Source: an uncultured Pseudomonadota bacterium (GTDB lineage Bacteria > Myxococcota_A > UBA796 > CAJQPC01). Taken from it: DNA of 64,000 nt. Made by a program: the position numbers and the translations under genes. The stretch covers positions 10,442-74,441 of the forward strand of contig CAJXRZ010000022.1 in NCBI GenBank assembly GCA_913060515.1, written 5' to 3'. Positions within the stretch are counted from its first letter, which is position 1. Each line of letters starts with the position of its first letter. The notes under the pieces were generated by a model, which was not told where the DNA came from, ran no database searches, and saw only the letters and a list, made by a program, of their open reading frames with translations. Positions 62,144 to 64,000 of the stretch are shown piece after piece.

Positions 62144-64000
62144 CTACTCCTCAACGCCCTCGTTGGGATCGACCGGCTCCTCTTCCATAAAGGGGGCCAC
62201 ACCCGGAGGCGTCCAGCCGCTGCCGTCCAAGTCCAAGTAGATGGGGTTGCTCAGGGCGTAGGGAACCACTGGGCTGGTGCGTGGGGCTGGGGGTAGGGGA
62301 GAGAGCAGGCCTGAGAGGGCCTCTACGCCACCCAGGGCCTCGGTCACGACTTCCTGAAGGGCCACGGGCTCGTAAAGCACAGGCGTGAAGAGAGGCTCCA
62401 AGCTGTCGCTTCCCGTGGCGACCATGACGTACCAGGAGTCTTTCTCTGGGGTGTCCGTGAAGATCTCGGAGAGGTTGAGCACGTCGGCGTTGGGCTGCTC
62501 GATCTCGAAGACCTGAATCAGCTCGGCGTTCCGGTAGAGCTCCACCCGCTCCACGTTGAACCAAGAGGGGCTCTGAACTTCCAACTCCAGCTCGATGCTG
62601 CTGCCCGTGACGGTGTCACCCATCGTGGCCTCGCCGCCGTCTGCGGTGAAGCGGAGGAAGGGACCGTAGGAGGCAAAGACATGTCCATCCCGAACCGCCT
62701 GGGCCATCTCCACGGGGTCAATGTAGGCGGGCTCGTCCGTGCTCGAGGCCACGAAGTTGCGTGGGCAGCCGCTCTCTACACCGGTGGTCCCGTGGGTGTC
62801 CGAGTTGCCCAAAGCGGTGATCTGGAAGCCCATGTTCAAGAGCGCGAACCAGTCGTCGATCTGCCCGTGCAGGCCGTACCCGAGCTGGTAGACGCCATCG
62901 TTCAGGTCATCCTGCTCGGCCAAGGTGCGCTCGATGATCTCCTGAGCTGTGGTGCTCTCGTCCGCCGCGTACGCGTCCAGCTCCGGCTGGGTGGGGGTGC
63001 GCAGGAAGTCGTAGCGCTTGCCGTTCATCAACTCCAAGGCGTCGAAGTCCAAGGTGAAGTTGTCGGAGCTGGTCAGGGGGTTGGTGATCTTCAGAAGGCC
63101 ATCCTCCACCCGCGGATCCGCTACATCGCCACCGTAGGGTCTAAAGCCCATCTGGTCGAAATACCCCAGGATTCCGTCACGGGGGTGGGCCACGAAGGTG
63201 ACCGGTTCGATGGTCCCATCGCCCAGGGCACGCAGCTCACCCAGCATCTGGGCTGGGCTCTCACCGCTCCAGTCAAAGGCCCCCCCGGACTCAGCCAGGT
63301 AGTCGTGGGCCAGGGGGAAGGCGATGTAGTGACCGACCTCGACCGTGGTGACCTCGAGTCCAACTGCGCTGCTGATCCAGGGCTCCATGCCCATGTCTTG
63401 AATCACCGGCCGATAGTCGGCGATGAAGTCGTGATCGCTGGAGATCATAAACTCCACATGCTCGCTGGCCATGGTGCCGACGCGGTCGTGCAGGTTGACC
63501 CCGGAGTCGTGGGAGGGGTTGGCGTGAACGTGGAAGTCGGCGCTCACCCAGCCGCTGGTGTCTACGCTGCGAAGGACTTGAAAGTCGGCCTGGCCGTGTT
63601 CGCCGGAGCGCAGGATGATCTCGGCCACGTCCAGCTCGTACTCCATGCCACGGGTGGCATAGGCCACGTAGTCCCCAGGGGGAAGCTCGATGTCCTTGGC
63701 GCCATAGGGCAGGAAGACCACCGCTTCGGGCTCTCCGGCGATGTAGCCATCCCCCAACACGGGATCCCGCACGATGGGCTCGCCATCGGCGCGGAAGATG
63801 CTGAGCTTGCTTGGAACCCGCATGCCCGTCTCGTCGACCACCTCGACGCTGAGGGTCGCGCTGGAGGGAATCACGGGGTTGAGGTGAAGCTCGCCCCCTT
63901 CGGTCACGGTGATTGGGATGCGGGTGCCGGTTCCGTGCCGCGCATCGTGCACCTGGAGCTCCCAGTCGCCGACCGGCAGGCTGCCGCCAAAGGAGCCGTC
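62144..64000 (-). CDS. PHP/CehA-McbA-like metallohydrolase (N-terminus beyond right edge)
   Basis: The frame stays open from 63952 to 64000 (own translation DGSFGGSLPVGDWELQVHDARH...), so the gene is 5'-truncated. The His-rich metal motif VSADFHVHANPSHDSG...ISSDHDF is present, with beta-sandwich-like N- and C-terminal regions. Confidence 0.55.
   Translation of the reverse strand, partial: DGSFGGSLPVGDWELQVHDARHGTGTRIPITVTEGGELHLNPVIPSSATLSVEVVDETGMRVPSKLSIFRADGEPIVRDPVLGDGYIAGEPEAVVFLPYGAKDIELPPGDYVAYATRGMEYELDVAEIILRSGEHGQADFQVLRSVDTSGWVSADFHVHANPSHDSGVNLHDRVGTMASEHVEFMISSDHDFIADYRPVIQDMGMEPWISSAVGLEVTTVEVGHYIAFPLAHDYLAESGGAFDWSGESPAQMLGELRALGDGTIEPVTFVAHPRDGILGYFDQMGFRPYGGDVADPRVEDGLLKITNPLTSSDNFTLDFDALELMNGKRYDFLRTPTQPELDAYAADESTTAQEIIERTLAEQDDLNDGVYQLGYGLHGQIDDWFALLNMGFQITALGNSDTHGTTGVESGCPRNFVASSTDEPAYIDPVEMAQAVRDGHVFASYGPFLRFTADGGEATMGDTVTGSSIELELEVQSPSWFNVERVELYRNAELIQVFEIEQPNADVLNLSEIFTDTPEKDSWYVMVATGSDSLEPLFTPVLYEPVALQEVVTEALGGVEALSGLLSPLPPAPRTSPVVPYALSNPIYLDLDGSGWTPPGVAPFMEEEPVDPNEGVEE

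Overview
GC-rich (by eye roughly mid-60s % G+C, not computed), very gene-dense chromosomal window. I call 63 protein-coding genes (two cut by the window edges), 2 tRNAs (Ala-GGC, Leu-UAA), several hand-folded rho-independent terminators and a few tentative promoter or operator elements. I saw no rRNA, CRISPR array, transposase, integrase, phage or plasmid genes. Housekeeping genes dominate: lepA-lepB, pyrR-pyrB-pyrC', greA, a recG-like gene, mutY, coaD, glmS, holA, rpsT, rpsU, ugd, lgt, trmK and a split biotin-carboxylase operon. They are interleaved with many envelope proteins (lipoproteins, TPR proteins, beta-barrel-like proteins). A MYXO-CTERM-type sorting tail, an AgmX/PglI-type C-terminal domain, a divergent Hsp70 paralog and a sigma-54-like promoter suggest a Myxococcota-like host; this is inference from motifs, not a database result. 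Starts are often GTG or TTG and many neighbouring genes overlap by 4 nt (ATGA, GTGA, TTGA). The long ORFs opposite real genes (up to 991 aa) are codon-shadow artefacts. All homology calls are by-eye motif recognition and no searches were run. I did not find a compact, self-evidently new multi-gene system such as a defence island, biosynthetic cluster or secretion machine. The best leads are: (1) an intact RecG-like gene with every ATPase motif eroded; (2) a MYXO-CTERM-anchored surface protein that reads like a two-lobed BPI/TULIP lipid binder; (3) tandem TM-TPR paralogs sharing an N-terminal module with an orphan AgmX/PglI-like protein; (4) a cNMP-sensor-led operon ending in a lipoprotein 5'-nucleotidase behind a -24/-12-type element; (5) a BC/CT/BCCP operon whose carrier protein has an extra lysine-less biotinyl-like domain.
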